Shown here piece by piece: positions 29,565 through 38,810 of a DNA stretch of 43,347 nt. Origin of the DNA: an uncultured Bacilli bacterium (GTDB lineage Bacteria > Bacillota_I > Bacilli_A > RF39 > UBA660). Below the pieces are notes generated by a model that was not told where the DNA came from, searched no databases, and saw only the letters and a list, made by a program, of their open reading frames with translations. Position 1 is the first letter of the stretch; each line of letters begins with the position of its first letter. The DNA lies in assembly GCA_947522695.1 (NCBI GenBank), contig CANNTX010000002.1, positions 1 through 43,347 of the forward strand. The letters are read 5' to 3'. Made by a program: the position numbers and the translations under genes.

Positions 29565-29747
29565 ATGAAAAAAACAATAACAGTTGAAGAATTTGAAATT
29601 TTAAGACAAAGTATATCTACAATAATAGATCACGTTGAAAAAGGACAATTAAATGCTGATATTTTAAAAAGTCTTCATGAATATTTACAAACAGTCAGTG
29701 TTCTTCCAGAATTTAAATATGATACAAAACCAAATTTTACAAGATAA
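29565..29747 (+). CDS. Hypothetical small protein (60 aa)
   Basis: Strong SD AAGGGGG 7 nt before the ATG, its own promoter and its own terminator. Confidence 0.55.
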   Translation: MKKTITVEEFEILRQSISTIIDHVEKGQLNADILKSLHEYLQTVSVLPEFKYDTKPNFTR

Positions 29748-29757
29748 AAATATTAAG

Positions 29758-29789
29758 TAAGTAAGAAAATTAAATGCTTACTTATTTTT
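29758..29789 (+). terminator. Rho-independent terminator
   Basis: Stem taagtaag/cttactta, 11-nt loop, T5. Confidence 0.6.
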
Positions 29790-29825
29790 AATTTTACATT
29801 AAATACATCTTAATAAAATTTTCTA

Positions 29826-29853
29826 TTGACAACCTACGATATTATGATAAAAT
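29826..29853 (+). promoter_or_regulatory. Promoter of rpoE
   Basis: TTGACA, 16-nt spacer ending in TGA, then TAAAAT (extended -10). Confidence 0.55.
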
Positions 29854-29925
29854 CATAAGTGTTAAAAAAAGCCATTATCATATTTATAAATAACACATAT
29901 AATGGTTTAGGAAAGAGGATTTATA

Positions 29926-30357
29926 ATGATTAAATTAACTGATGAAGAAAAAGATACTTTATCATATAATGATGTAGCCTACTTAATATTAAAAGATAAA
30001 AATAAAAAAATTAAAATTCAAGATTTATTTAAAGAAGTAATTAAAGTCATGGATTTACCTGAATCTACTTTTGAAGATGATATCGAAGAATTTTTTGAAT
30101 TAATAATTACTGATAAAAGATTAACTATGATAGACAATGGATTTGTAGATTTAAAAATTAACCATAGTACTAAAATGATTGTTGATGAAGATGAAGACGA
30201 AGATATGTTAATTGAAAATGAAGAAGATCTTGAAGAAGAAAATTCAGAAGATAATTATGATGATGATTCAAATCCAGAAGATGATACCGATAACGATTTA
30301 CAAGATTTAGTAATCATTGATGAAGATAGTGACGATTTAGATTCTGATATGATGTAA
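29926..30357 (+). CDS. rpoE: DNA-directed RNA polymerase delta subunit
   Basis: N-terminal HARE-HTH-like domain (LSYNDVAYLILKD...) followed by a long Asp/Glu tail typical of Firmicute RpoE. Confidence 0.85.
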   Translation: MIKLTDEEKDTLSYNDVAYLILKDKNKKIKIQDLFKEVIKVMDLPESTFEDDIEEFFELIITDKRLTMIDNGFVDLKINHSTKMIVDEDEDEDMLIENEEDLEEENSEDNYDDDSNPEDDTDNDLQDLVIIDEDSDDLDSDMM

Positions 30358-30391
30358 CTAATTCTTTTTTCTTATATAAAGGAGGATAACA

Positions 30392-31450
30392 ATGATAGAT
30401 AGATTAGAACTATTAACTAATAGATATAATGAAATAAACGAAGAATTATTAAAACCAGAAGTATTATCAGATTTTAATAAGCAAAAGAAATTATCAAAAG
30501 AAAAAGGTGGCATAGAAGAAGCAGTAAATAAATATGCCGAATATAAAGATTTAGTTTCTGAAATAGAAGGCTTAAAGGAACTAGTAATGGATCCTGAAAT
30601 GCATGAAATAGCATCTATTGAACTAGATGAAAAAAAGGAAAAACTTGCATCTTTAACTAAAGAAATTGAAATACTACTTTTACCTAAAGATGAAAATGAT
30701 GGAAAAGATATTATCATGGAAATTAGAGGAGCTGCCGGTGGTGATGAAGCTAATATTTTTGCTGGCGACCTATTTAGAATGTATTCAAAATATGCTGAAA
30801 AAGTTGGTTGGAAATTAGAAGCAACTCATGCTGTTGAAGGAGATTCAGGTGGCTTTTCAACTATTGAATGTTCAATTAAAGGTGATAATGTTTATTCTAA
30901 ATTAAAATTTGAAAGCGGAGTTCACCGTGTTCAAAGAGTTCCTGAAACAGAGACAGCCGGACGTATTCATACATCTACTGCAACTGTTTTAGTAATGCCT
31001 GAAGTTGAAGATGTTGATATTGAGATAAAACCAGAAGATGTTCGTGTTGACGTTTATCGTTCAAGTGGTAAAGGTGGACAAGGAGTAAATACAACTGACT
31101 CTGCTGTTCGTGTAACTCATATTCCAACTGGTATTGTCGTAACATGCCAAAATGAAAGAAGTCAAATAAAGAATAAAGAAAGAGCTATGGTTGTTTTAAA
31201 ATCTAGATTATATGATGCCGAAATGCAAAAACAAAATAATGAGACAGGTACAGCTCGTAAGAGTATGATTGGATCAGGCGATCGTTCAGAAAAAATAAGA
31301 ACATACAATTATCCACAAAATCGTGTAACCGATCATCGTATTAACTTTAGTATTATGGAACTAGATCGTGTAATGGAAGGAAACTTAGATCCAATTATAG
31401 AAGCCTTAATAACAGAAGATCAAAGAAGGAAAATGCAAGGTGAGGAATAA
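30392..31450 (+). CDS. prfA: Peptide chain release factor 1
   Basis: GGQ motif ([16 protein letters not shown]) and the PxT-type anticodon loop [13 protein letters not shown]. Confidence 0.95.
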   Translation: MIDRLELLTNRYNEINEELLKPEVLSDFNKQKKLSKEKGGIEEAVNKYAEYKDLVSEIEGLKELVMDPEMHEIASIELDEKKEKLASLTKEIEILLLPKDENDGKDIIMEIRGAAGGDEANIFAGDLFRMYSKYAEKVGWKLEATHAVEGDSGGFSTIECSIKGDNVYSKLKFESGVHRVQRVPETETAGRIHTSTATVLVMPEVEDVDIEIKPEDVRVDVYRSSGKGGQGVNTTDSAVRVTHIPTGIVVTCQNERSQIKNKERAMVVLKSRLYDAEMQKQNNETGTARKSMIGSGDRSEKIRTYNYPQNRVTDHRINFSIMELDRVMEGNLDPIIEALITEDQRRKMQGEE

Positions 31451-32180
31451 ACCTGAAAATATTAGCAACTTAGATTGGAATTTACTATGTCAAAAATATG
31501 ATAACTTAGAAGAAGTTATTGCTAAAATAGATGAAGGCTATCCAATTGCCTATTTAATAGGAGACGTATCATTTTACGGTTATCCCTTTAAAGTAAATGA
31601 AAATGTTTTAATTCCCAGATTTGAAACAGAAACTTTAATTGAAAAAACTATTAAATTAATTAAAAGTCTAAATTTAGAAAATTCCAATTTAATTGATTTA
31701 GGAACTGGTTCTGGTGTTATAGCAATAACTTTAAAAAAAGAAATACCTTCTTTAAATATTACAGCAATTGATAAAAGTAATGAAGCCCTAAAAGTCGCTA
31801 TAGAAAATTCTAAATTAAATAATGTAAATGTAGATTTTCAAAATCAAGATATTTTTAATTACGAATTACCTGAAAATATAAGTATTGTAATAAGTAATCC
31901 TCCTTACATAGAAGAAAATTCTAATTATAATCAAAATGTTCTTTACGAACCAAAAGAAGCTATCTTTGTTTCTAATATAAATCCATTAATTTATTATGAA
32001 CAAATATTAAAAATGGCTAAAGAAAAAATTACCAAAAAACATCTTATTGCTTTTGAAATAGATGAAGATCACAAAGAAGACATGTACAAATTATGTAAGA
32101 AGTATTTTCCAAGTGATAATATAGTTATTGAAAAAGATTTAGCAGGTAAAAATCGTTATGCTTTTATATATAGTGAATAA
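31440..32180 (+). CDS. prmC: Release factor glutamine methyltransferase PrmC/HemK
   Basis: DLGTGSG and NPPY motifs. GTG start overlapping the end of prfA. Confidence 0.88.
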   Translation: MRNKPENISNLDWNLLCQKYDNLEEVIAKIDEGYPIAYLIGDVSFYGYPFKVNENVLIPRFETETLIEKTIKLIKSLNLENSNLIDLGTGSGVIAITLKKEIPSLNITAIDKSNEALKVAIENSKLNNVNVDFQNQDIFNYELPENISIVISNPPYIEENSNYNQNVLYEPKEAIFVSNINPLIYYEQILKMAKEKITKKHLIAFEIDEDHKEDMYKLCKKYFPSDNIVIEKDLAGKNRYAFIYSE

Positions 32181-32191
32181 AAAATAAAAAG

Positions 32192-32226
32192 ATTACCCAA
32201 TATTATTTTAGAAAGGGTAATTTTTT
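32192..32226 (+). terminator. Hairpin plus T-run after prmC, abutting the spoIIR start
   Basis: Stem attaccc/gggtaat with a 16-nt loop, then T6. The 3' arm contains the spoIIR SD-like AAGGG. Confidence 0.4.
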
Positions 32227-32227
32227 A

Positions 32228-32743
32228 ATGAAAAATACTTTAATATGTTTATCAATAATAATTTTTAGTTTAACCTTAATAAAAAATAAAAATCAAAATG
32301 AAGTAATAATACCAACTGACTCAATTCGATTTCGAGTAATTGCTTCATCAGATAGTGAATTAGATATAGAAACCAAATTAGAGCTTAAAGATCACATTGA
32401 AAAAGTTCTTATAGATTTAACAAAGAATGCTACAACTACTGAAGAAGTAGATAAAATAATTGTTGATAACTTAGACTTTATCAACATTCAAATTCATAAT
32501 TTTTTAAAAAACGATAATTACAAATTAGATTATGGTTTAAATTATTTTCCTAGTAAAACTTATAAAGGAGTAGTTTATGAAGCAGGTGTCTATAACTCAT
32601 TAGTAATAACAATTGGTAATGGTCTAGGAAAAAATTGGTGGTGTACCTTATTTCCTCCCTTATGTTTATTAGAAAATAACGAAACAACAAACGATGTAGA
32701 ATACAAATTATTTATTTCTAGTATAATTGAAAAGTTTAAATAA
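32228..32743 (+). CDS. spoIIR: Stage II sporulation protein R
   Basis: IRFRVIASSDS...NWWCTLFPPLC hallmark of SpoIIR; N-terminal signal/TM; near prfA-prmC as in Bacillus. Confidence 0.85.
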   Translation: MKNTLICLSIIIFSLTLIKNKNQNEVIIPTDSIRFRVIASSDSELDIETKLELKDHIEKVLIDLTKNATTTEEVDKIIVDNLDFINIQIHNFLKNDNYKLDYGLNYFPSKTYKGVVYEAGVYNSLVITIGNGLGKNWWCTLFPPLCLLENNETTNDVEYKLFISSIIEKFK

Positions 32744-32764
32744 TATACTTAACTAGGTGATCTT

Positions 32765-33298
32765 TTGTTAAGTATTTTTTTAATTGGAGTAGCGCTTTCT
32801 ATGGATGCCTTTTCCATTGCTCTCTCCATCGGAACAACCCATTTATCCAAAAATAGATTTATATTAATTCCCATTGTAGTAAGTATAATGCACTTTGTTA
32901 TGCCCTTAATTGGTTTATTTCTAGGTAATCAAATTTTATCGGTAATAAATATCAATCCAAAAATTATCATGACCATAATCTTGTTATATCTAGCGTTTGT
33001 TATGTATAAAGATCGAAATAATGATAAAATAACTAAAATAAACTCATTATCAAGCATCTTTTTATATGCATTTTCTGTTTCTCTTGATAGTTTTTCAGTA
33101 GGAATTGGCTTAAAAGCCTTAACTGATAAAATAATCATACCTCCAATCATTTTCTCATTATGTGCCGGAACAATTACTTATATGGGATTAATTCTAGGAA
33201 AGTATTCTCAAAAGGTATGGAAAGAAAAAGCATCACTTATAGGAATAATATTATTAATATTGATATCGATTGTCAATATTTGTAAATTATTTACTTAG
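32765..33298 (+). CDS. mntP: Manganese efflux pump MntP family
   Basis: Duplicated DUF204 repeats (ALSMDAFSIALSIG and SVSLDSFSVGIG). TTG start. Confidence 0.85.
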   Translation: MLSIFLIGVALSMDAFSIALSIGTTHLSKNRFILIPIVVSIMHFVMPLIGLFLGNQILSVININPKIIMTIILLYLAFVMYKDRNNDKITKINSLSSIFLYAFSVSLDSFSVGIGLKALTDKIIIPPIIFSLCAGTITYMGLILGKYSQKVWKEKASLIGIILLILISIVNICKLFT

Positions 33299-33354
33299 AT
33301 ATTTGACTAAAACAAACTAAAATATTATATTATATTTAGAAAGGTAACTTTTTT

Positions 33355-34611
33355 ATGAAAAAACTAATTATAGAAGGCCAGAAAGAATTATCTGGTACAA
33401 TAAAAATAAGCGGTGCTAAAAATAGCGTAGTTGCGTTAATCCCCGCATCCGTATTAACAAAAGGAAAATGTATAATAAAAAATGTTCCTAAAATAAGTGA
33501 CGTTAAATTATTATTAGAAATATTAAAATTATTGGGATCCAAAGTCGAATTAGAGGGAGATACCCTTTATATTGATAATTCAAACATCCATAATGAATTT
33601 ATCCCTAAAGATATAGCATCTAAAATGCGTGCATCATATTATTTTATGGGATGTTTATTATCTCGTTTTGGTTATGCTAAAGTATCATACCCAGGTGGTT
33701 GTACAATTGGAGCTCGTCCAATAAATTACCATACAGCTGGTTTTGAAAAGTTAGGAGCAAACATAACAGTAGAAGATGATATAAATTATATTATTGAAGC
33801 TAAAGAATTAATTGGTAATAATATCTTCCTAGAGTTTGCCTCTGTAGGAGCAACTATAAATATTATGTTTTCTGCTGTTAGAGCCAAAGGAACAACTGTT
33901 ATTCACAATGTAGCGAAAGAACCAGAAATAATAAATATTGGAGAGTTCCTAAATAGTATGGGAGCTAAAATTACCGGATTAGGAACAGATACCATCACAA
34001 TAGAAGGTGTAGATGAACTACATGATGGCGAAATAACTGTTATTCCTGACCGTATCGAAGCAGGAACCTACATGATGATTGGAACTCTTCTTGGTAATAA
34101 TTTAAAAATAGATGGAATCATCCCTGAACATTTAACAAGTGTAATATCTAAACTTAAAGAAGCCGGTGCATCACTAGAAGTTAAAGAAGATTATGTTATT
34201 ATTAACAAGGTAGATAAACTAGAGCCAGTTAACATTAAAACCTTAGTTTATCCTGGTTTTGTAACTGATTTAGGTCAACCAATGAGTACTCTATTAACCC
34301 AGTGTGAAGGAACAAGTATCTTTGAAGAAACAATTTATGAAAATAGAATGAGACATATCAAATATTTAAATGAAATGGGTGCTAACATCGACCTAGATGG
34401 TAAAGTAGCCATGATTCATGGAAAAACATGTTTACATGGTGAAACAGTCGAAGCAACTGACCTTAGAGCAGGTGCTGCTATGCTACTTGCCGGAATGATA
34501 GCCAAGGGAACAACAACCATAACAAATATAGAACATATTTTAAGAGGCTATGAAAACATAGTAACCAAACTAACAACAGTAGGAGCAAATATTAAAATAA
34601 TAGATGAATAA
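33355..34611 (+). CDS. murA: UDP-N-acetylglucosamine 1-carboxyvinyltransferase
   Basis: ISGAKNS, active-site PGGCTIGARP and LRAGAAMLLAG. Confidence 0.95.
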   Translation: MKKLIIEGQKELSGTIKISGAKNSVVALIPASVLTKGKCIIKNVPKISDVKLLLEILKLLGSKVELEGDTLYIDNSNIHNEFIPKDIASKMRASYYFMGCLLSRFGYAKVSYPGGCTIGARPINYHTAGFEKLGANITVEDDINYIIEAKELIGNNIFLEFASVGATINIMFSAVRAKGTTVIHNVAKEPEIINIGEFLNSMGAKITGLGTDTITIEGVDELHDGEITVIPDRIEAGTYMMIGTLLGNNLKIDGIIPEHLTSVISKLKEAGASLEVKEDYVIINKVDKLEPVNIKTLVYPGFVTDLGQPMSTLLTQCEGTSIFEETIYENRMRHIKYLNEMGANIDLDGKVAMIHGKTCLHGETVEATDLRAGAAMLLAGMIAKGTTTITNIEHILRGYENIVTKLTTVGANIKIIDE

Positions 34612-34624
34612 TAAGTGAGGAAAT

Positions 34625-34942
34625 ATGTATAAATACACATTAAATGATAATGAAGATATCATTAAAATATTTGATAATCTATATATAAAACAAGGAAGAA
34701 ATGAGAAAACAACCTCAGCAATTTTAACAAATCAAAGATTATTATTTTTAGATTATATAGTTCAAAATGAAGGGTTAGAAGTTCTAAGAATCGCCCGTGG
34801 ATCTCAATCACTTCAATATAAAGAAGTATATTATCAAATAATCTTAAATGATATAAAAACAATTAATAAAAAAGAATTATATGAAATAGTTCTTAACAAT
34901 AATTCAATAATCGAATTTAATGAAAAAAATTATATGATTTAA
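34625..34942 (+). CDS. Hypothetical protein (105 aa)
   Basis: ORF with SD GTGAGGAAA directly after murA. No family recognised with confidence. Confidence 0.5.
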   Translation: MYKYTLNDNEDIIKIFDNLYIKQGRNEKTTSAILTNQRLLFLDYIVQNEGLEVLRIARGSQSLQYKEVYYQIILNDIKTINKKELYEIVLNNNSIIEFNEKNYMI

Positions 34943-35107
34943 TTTTAAAACTTAAAGAAGAGTAATGTCTTCTTTTTTTGTTTGTTAATAATTATTAAGT
35001 ATTCCAGATTAAAATTTAAGTAAGTGTAAAATTTAAGTAAATTAATAACTTTTAAATTTAAAATTATCATTAACTCTAGTATATTTGATAATATTAAAAT
35101 AGAAAGT

Positions 35108-36202
35108 GTGAGTGTTATGGAAACTAATAATAATAAAAAAATAATAATTCTCTTAACAATCCTATTTGCAATTGTAATTGCACTTTTAATAGTCTTAATA
35201 TTTAAAACTAACAATTTAAAAAAACAACCTGAATTAGACTCGAGTACAATAACCACGACAACAACTATATCTTTCCAAAAAGATGAAAATATTCAATTTG
35301 ATCTATCAAAATTAAATAATGAAGAAATCAAATTTGTAAATATTGATGAATTAAATGAATATGAATATACCATGGAAAATAATTTATTTCAAAAAATAAA
35401 TTCTGAAACATTTGCTTATAAATCAAGTGAAAACAATGACAACAAAGTATTTGAATTTGATTATATACCTTTTTTAAAAATAGAAAATAGCAAATTGTTT
35501 TGGAAAGTTAATAATAAATGGGAATTAGATTCTACTATTAAAGACGATATAAAATATTTCAATTATTTTAGTTCAGCAGATGTAACAATTTACAGTTTTA
35601 TTGCGATTACATCAAATAAAATTTATATTATTGAAATCCCTGATGGGATTGATACAGATAGCGATATTTTAAAAGAACATGCATTAGAAGAATTTAATAA
35701 AAAATATAGTAAATTAATATATAATGTCATTGATGCCAAAACAGAAAGTGTTATAGAAAAACATAAACCAATTGCCTGTAATCTTTATAGTGATTTCTAT
35801 TTTTCTATAAATAATAAAACATATCGAATAAGTAATAATAAGTTAAAATTAGCAAGTGATTATTCAGAATATTTTTCTGATAATTTGATAGAATATTTAG
35901 GAACATGCGAACCAGACACGGCTTCAATCAAAATTGATAAAAATGGTTTAATTTTAGACAATAATATTGATAAAACCAAAATAAATAAAGTAAAGTACTA
36001 CTTAAAAAATGCTAATATTGAAATGATTATAGATTCTAATATGAATTATTATCTTAAAACTAATAATAAAGACTATTATGGAAAAATTGATAATTTAAAT
36101 TTTAATAAACAAACTAAATTGTTAACTTTAACTTTTAATAATAACTCAATAATTCTTAAAGAAGTATCATATTATTTATATGACTATTCACAAAATAACT
36201 AA
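35108..36202 (+). CDS. Hypothetical membrane-anchored protein (364 aa, N-terminal TM, Asn/Lys-rich ectodomain)
   Basis: Long ORF. The start may be the ATG at 35117. One TM (IIILLTILFAIVIALLIVLIF). Confidence 0.6.
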   Translation: MSVMETNNNKKIIILLTILFAIVIALLIVLIFKTNNLKKQPELDSSTITTTTTISFQKDENIQFDLSKLNNEEIKFVNIDELNEYEYTMENNLFQKINSETFAYKSSENNDNKVFEFDYIPFLKIENSKLFWKVNNKWELDSTIKDDIKYFNYFSSADVTIYSFIAITSNKIYIIEIPDGIDTDSDILKEHALEEFNKKYSKLIYNVIDAKTESVIEKHKPIACNLYSDFYFSINNKTYRISNNKLKLASDYSEYFSDNLIEYLGTCEPDTASIKIDKNGLILDNNIDKTKINKVKYYLKNANIEMIIDSNMNYYLKTNNKDYYGKIDNLNFNKQTKLLTLTFNNNSIILKEVSYYLYDYSQNN

Positions 36203-36256
36203 ACTATGATAATATAAAAATGTATTAGAAATAATACGTTAAATAAATAATATTAA

Positions 36257-36376
36257 TTTTATCAAGAATGAGGGAGAGAATTAGCTCTAAGAACTCATAC
36301 CAACCTACTTAAGGCAAGGTGGTAATGCTAATATCGATGAAAGAGATTTATTACTAACTCTTTCAAGAGTTTTTTA
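36257..36376 (+). promoter_or_regulatory. S-box / SAM-I-like riboswitch with terminator in the metK leader (apparently lacking P4)
   Basis: P1 UUUUAUC/GAUGAAA (36257..36263 / 36326..36332). J1/2 is AAGA. P2 is AUGAG/CUCAU around GGAGAGA...AAGAA. ACCAACC corresponds to GCAACC, and GGUAAUGCUAA to GGUGCUAA. Terminator AACUCUU-UC-AAGAGUU plus U6 at 36356..36376. AAAGAG (36331..36336) can alternatively pair with CUCUUU (36358..36363). Confidence 0.55.
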
Positions 36377-36405
36377 TTTTTGATAAAAATGGAAAGAGGT
36401 AGATT

Positions 36406-37500
36406 ATGAAAAATTATTATTTAACAAGTGAATCTGTAACGGAAGGACATCCAGATAAAATATGCGATAAAATAAGTGATTATATTTTAGATGAAGCATT
36501 AAGACAAGACAAAAATAGTAAAATGGCAGTCGAAGCAACAATTAAGGATGATCTAATATTAATCTATGGAGAAGCTACTACAAATGCAAAACTTAATTAC
36601 GAGCAACTAGCTAAACATGTATTAAAGGATATTGGTTATAACGAAGAATATAATGTAATAGTTAAGGTAAATAAACAATCAATTGAAATTAATAATGCTG
36701 TAAATAAAGATAAAATAATGGCAGGAGATCAAGGAATCATGTTTGGATATGCAACTAATGAAACTAAAGAATATATGCCATTGACCATTCTTTTAGCAAA
36801 TAAACTCGCTAAAAGATTAACTGATGTAAGAAAGCAAGTCAAAGACTCAATATTAAAACCAGATGGAAAAACTCAGGTAACAATTGAATATGAAAATGAT
36901 TTACCTAAAAGAGTTGATACAATAATCATCGCAAGTCAACATAAAGAAAATATTGATTATGAAGAATTAAAAAATTTAATTATAGATGAGGTAATAAAAC
37001 CGATAATCCCAAAAGAGTTACTAGACGAAAATACCAAAATATTAATTAATACTAGCGGTAAATTTACAATTGGCGGTTCATTTGGCGATAGCGGTACAAC
37101 CGGTCGTAAAATAGTTGCAGATACTTACGGTGGAGTAGGTAAAGTAGGCGGTGGTTGCTTTAGCAGTAAGGATCCATCAAAAGTAGATCGAAGTGGTGCA
37201 TATTATGCTAGATACGTTGCCAAAAATATAGTTGCTCATAATTTAGCAGATAAATGTGAAATAGAGCTAGCTTATGCCATTGGAAAAGAATATCCAATAT
37301 CAATTTATATTAATACTTTTAACACTAATAAAGTATCAATGGATAAAATCTATGATTATGTTAACAAAAACTTTAACTTCAGTGTTGATAATATCATTAA
37401 GGAATTAGATTTATTAAATCCAATCTATTACAATTTAGCAGCTTATGGTCATTTTGGACGAACTGATTTAAATTTAACATGGGAACAAATTAAATCTTAA
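36406..37500 (+). CDS. metK: S-adenosylmethionine synthetase
   Basis: ESVTEGHPDK, GDQGIMFGYA, and GGGCFSSKDPSKVDRSGAY. Confidence 0.95.
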   Translation: MKNYYLTSESVTEGHPDKICDKISDYILDEALRQDKNSKMAVEATIKDDLILIYGEATTNAKLNYEQLAKHVLKDIGYNEEYNVIVKVNKQSIEINNAVNKDKIMAGDQGIMFGYATNETKEYMPLTILLANKLAKRLTDVRKQVKDSILKPDGKTQVTIEYENDLPKRVDTIIIASQHKENIDYEELKNLIIDEVIKPIIPKELLDENTKILINTSGKFTIGGSFGDSGTTGRKIVADTYGGVGKVGGGCFSSKDPSKVDRSGAYYARYVAKNIVAHNLADKCEIELAYAIGKEYPISIYINTFNTNKVSMDKIYDYVNKNFNFSVDNIIKELDLLNPIYYNLAAYGHFGRTDLNLTWEQIKS

Positions 37501-37526
37501 TTTACTGAGCTAAGCTAAATTGCCTC

Positions 37527-37554
37527 TTGCAATTTCTCAAATATATGTTATACT
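37527..37554 (+). promoter_or_regulatory. Promoter of rpmE
   Basis: TTGCAA, 16-nt spacer ending in TGT, then TATACT (extended -10). Confidence 0.5.
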
Positions 37555-37611
37555 ATCGAAGTAAACGAATTTCTATGATTTAATTTAAATCATGGCGGAA
37601 GGAGAATAAAA

Positions 37612-37815
37612 ATGAAGAAAAATTTACATCCATCATTTGTAGATTGTACAGTAACTTGTGCTTGTGGACATACTTTCCAAACAAAATCTAACAAACCAAC
37701 ACATTTTGTTGAAACTTGTAGTGCATGCTCACCAGCATATAATCCAGAAATGAGCAAAACTGCTAAGAAAACTGGTACTGTAGAAAAATTCAATAAGAAA
37801 TATAATTTAAATTAA
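37612..37815 (+). CDS. rpmE: 50S ribosomal protein L31 (Cys-containing type A-like)
   Basis: MKKNLHPSF...CACGH...CSAC...EKFNKKY. The overlapping minus-strand ORF 37590..37793 is a shadow. Confidence 0.9.
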   Translation: MKKNLHPSFVDCTVTCACGHTFQTKSNKPTHFVETCSACSPAYNPEMSKTAKKTGTVEKFNKKYNLN

Positions 37816-37839
37816 GTGCTAAATAAAGCACTTTTTTTG
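37815..37839 (+). terminator. Rho-independent terminator of rpmE
   Basis: Stem agtgct/agcact, loop aaataa, T7. Confidence 0.7.
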
Positions 37840-37918
37840 TTAACTTCATGTCAAATTATATTCAAAATTTAAATATTTGTAATCAATTGTGATAACATAA
37901 TAATGTATAGGAGGAACT

Positions 37919-38146
37919 ATGGAAAAAGAATATTATGAAAAATTATTAAACAATTCGGTTAATTTATATACTAAAGGAACATTAATACAATATGGATTAA
38001 GAGAAGATCAAGCATTAGAAATTGTTTCAAATTTAACTGGAATAGCACCTGAAAAATTACAAGAACTTAGAAATGAAAGAATAAATACAATAAGTAATGA
38101 AATGAACAAATCAAATGAAATTCTTTCATCAATGCTATCTAGATAA
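37919..38146 (+). CDS. Hypothetical protein (75 aa)
   Basis: ORF with SD AGGAGGA 6 nt upstream. No family recognised. Confidence 0.5.
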   Translation: MEKEYYEKLLNNSVNLYTKGTLIQYGLREDQALEIVSNLTGIAPEKLQELRNERINTISNEMNKSNEILSSMLSR

Positions 38147-38164
38147 AAGAAAGGGATAATTAAC

Positions 38165-38608
38165 ATGAAAGTAGCAATTGCAACAGACCATAATGGCGTT
38201 AATATCAAAAAAGAAATAATTAGATTTTTAAATAATCACAATATTGAAACCATTGATTTAAGTGAACATAATTCAGCAGTCGATGATTATCCACTATATG
38301 CTTTTGAAGTAGGAAAAGTAGTATCATCTAAAGAAGCAGATTATGGAATTTTACTTTGTGGAACTGGTATTGGAATGAGTATTGCCGCTAATAAAGTTAA
38401 AGGTATTCGTTGTGCTCATGTAACAAGTAATACAGAAGCAATGCTAGCCCGTGCTCATAATAATGCTAATATTATCGCTTTAGGAGTAAATAATCATAAA
38501 GTTAATGACTTAATTAAATGGATAGATTTATTCTTAACAACCGATTTTAAAAATGAAGAAAGACATGTAAGAAGAAATAAACAGATAATGGAGTATGAAC
38601 AAAAGTAA
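38165..38608 (+). CDS. rpiB: Ribose-5-phosphate isomerase B (RpiB/LacAB family)
   Basis: MKVAIATDH and LCGTGIGMSIAANKVKGIRCA; 147 aa. Confidence 0.88.
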   Translation: MKVAIATDHNGVNIKKEIIRFLNNHNIETIDLSEHNSAVDDYPLYAFEVGKVVSSKEADYGILLCGTGIGMSIAANKVKGIRCAHVTSNTEAMLARAHNNANIIALGVNNHKVNDLIKWIDLFLTTDFKNEERHVRRNKQIMEYEQK

Positions 38609-38802
38609 TGATTAAAACGATTATATACATAGTTTGCGTCCTATTATCTGTATTTGTTTTAAATGGAATTAATTTTAATAATTTTTTTAAAAAAAATCAC
38701 ATAATTGAAGCAAGATTTTTTGTTATTATCATAAGCTTAATTATGGGATATCTATTAGGAAGTTTTATAATAGAGTTTTTAAATGTAAGTGCAATCTTTT
38801 AA
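38608..38802 (+). CDS. DUF1146 (YwzB-like) small membrane protein
   Basis: Two TM segments. INFNNFFKKNHIIEARFFVIIISL...FIIEFLNVS resembles B. subtilis YwzB (recalled). ATGA-type overlap with rpiB. Confidence 0.6.
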   Translation: MIKTIIYIVCVLLSVFVLNGINFNNFFKKNHIIEARFFVIIISLIMGYLLGSFIIEFLNVSAIF

Positions 38803-38810
38803 GGAGACCT

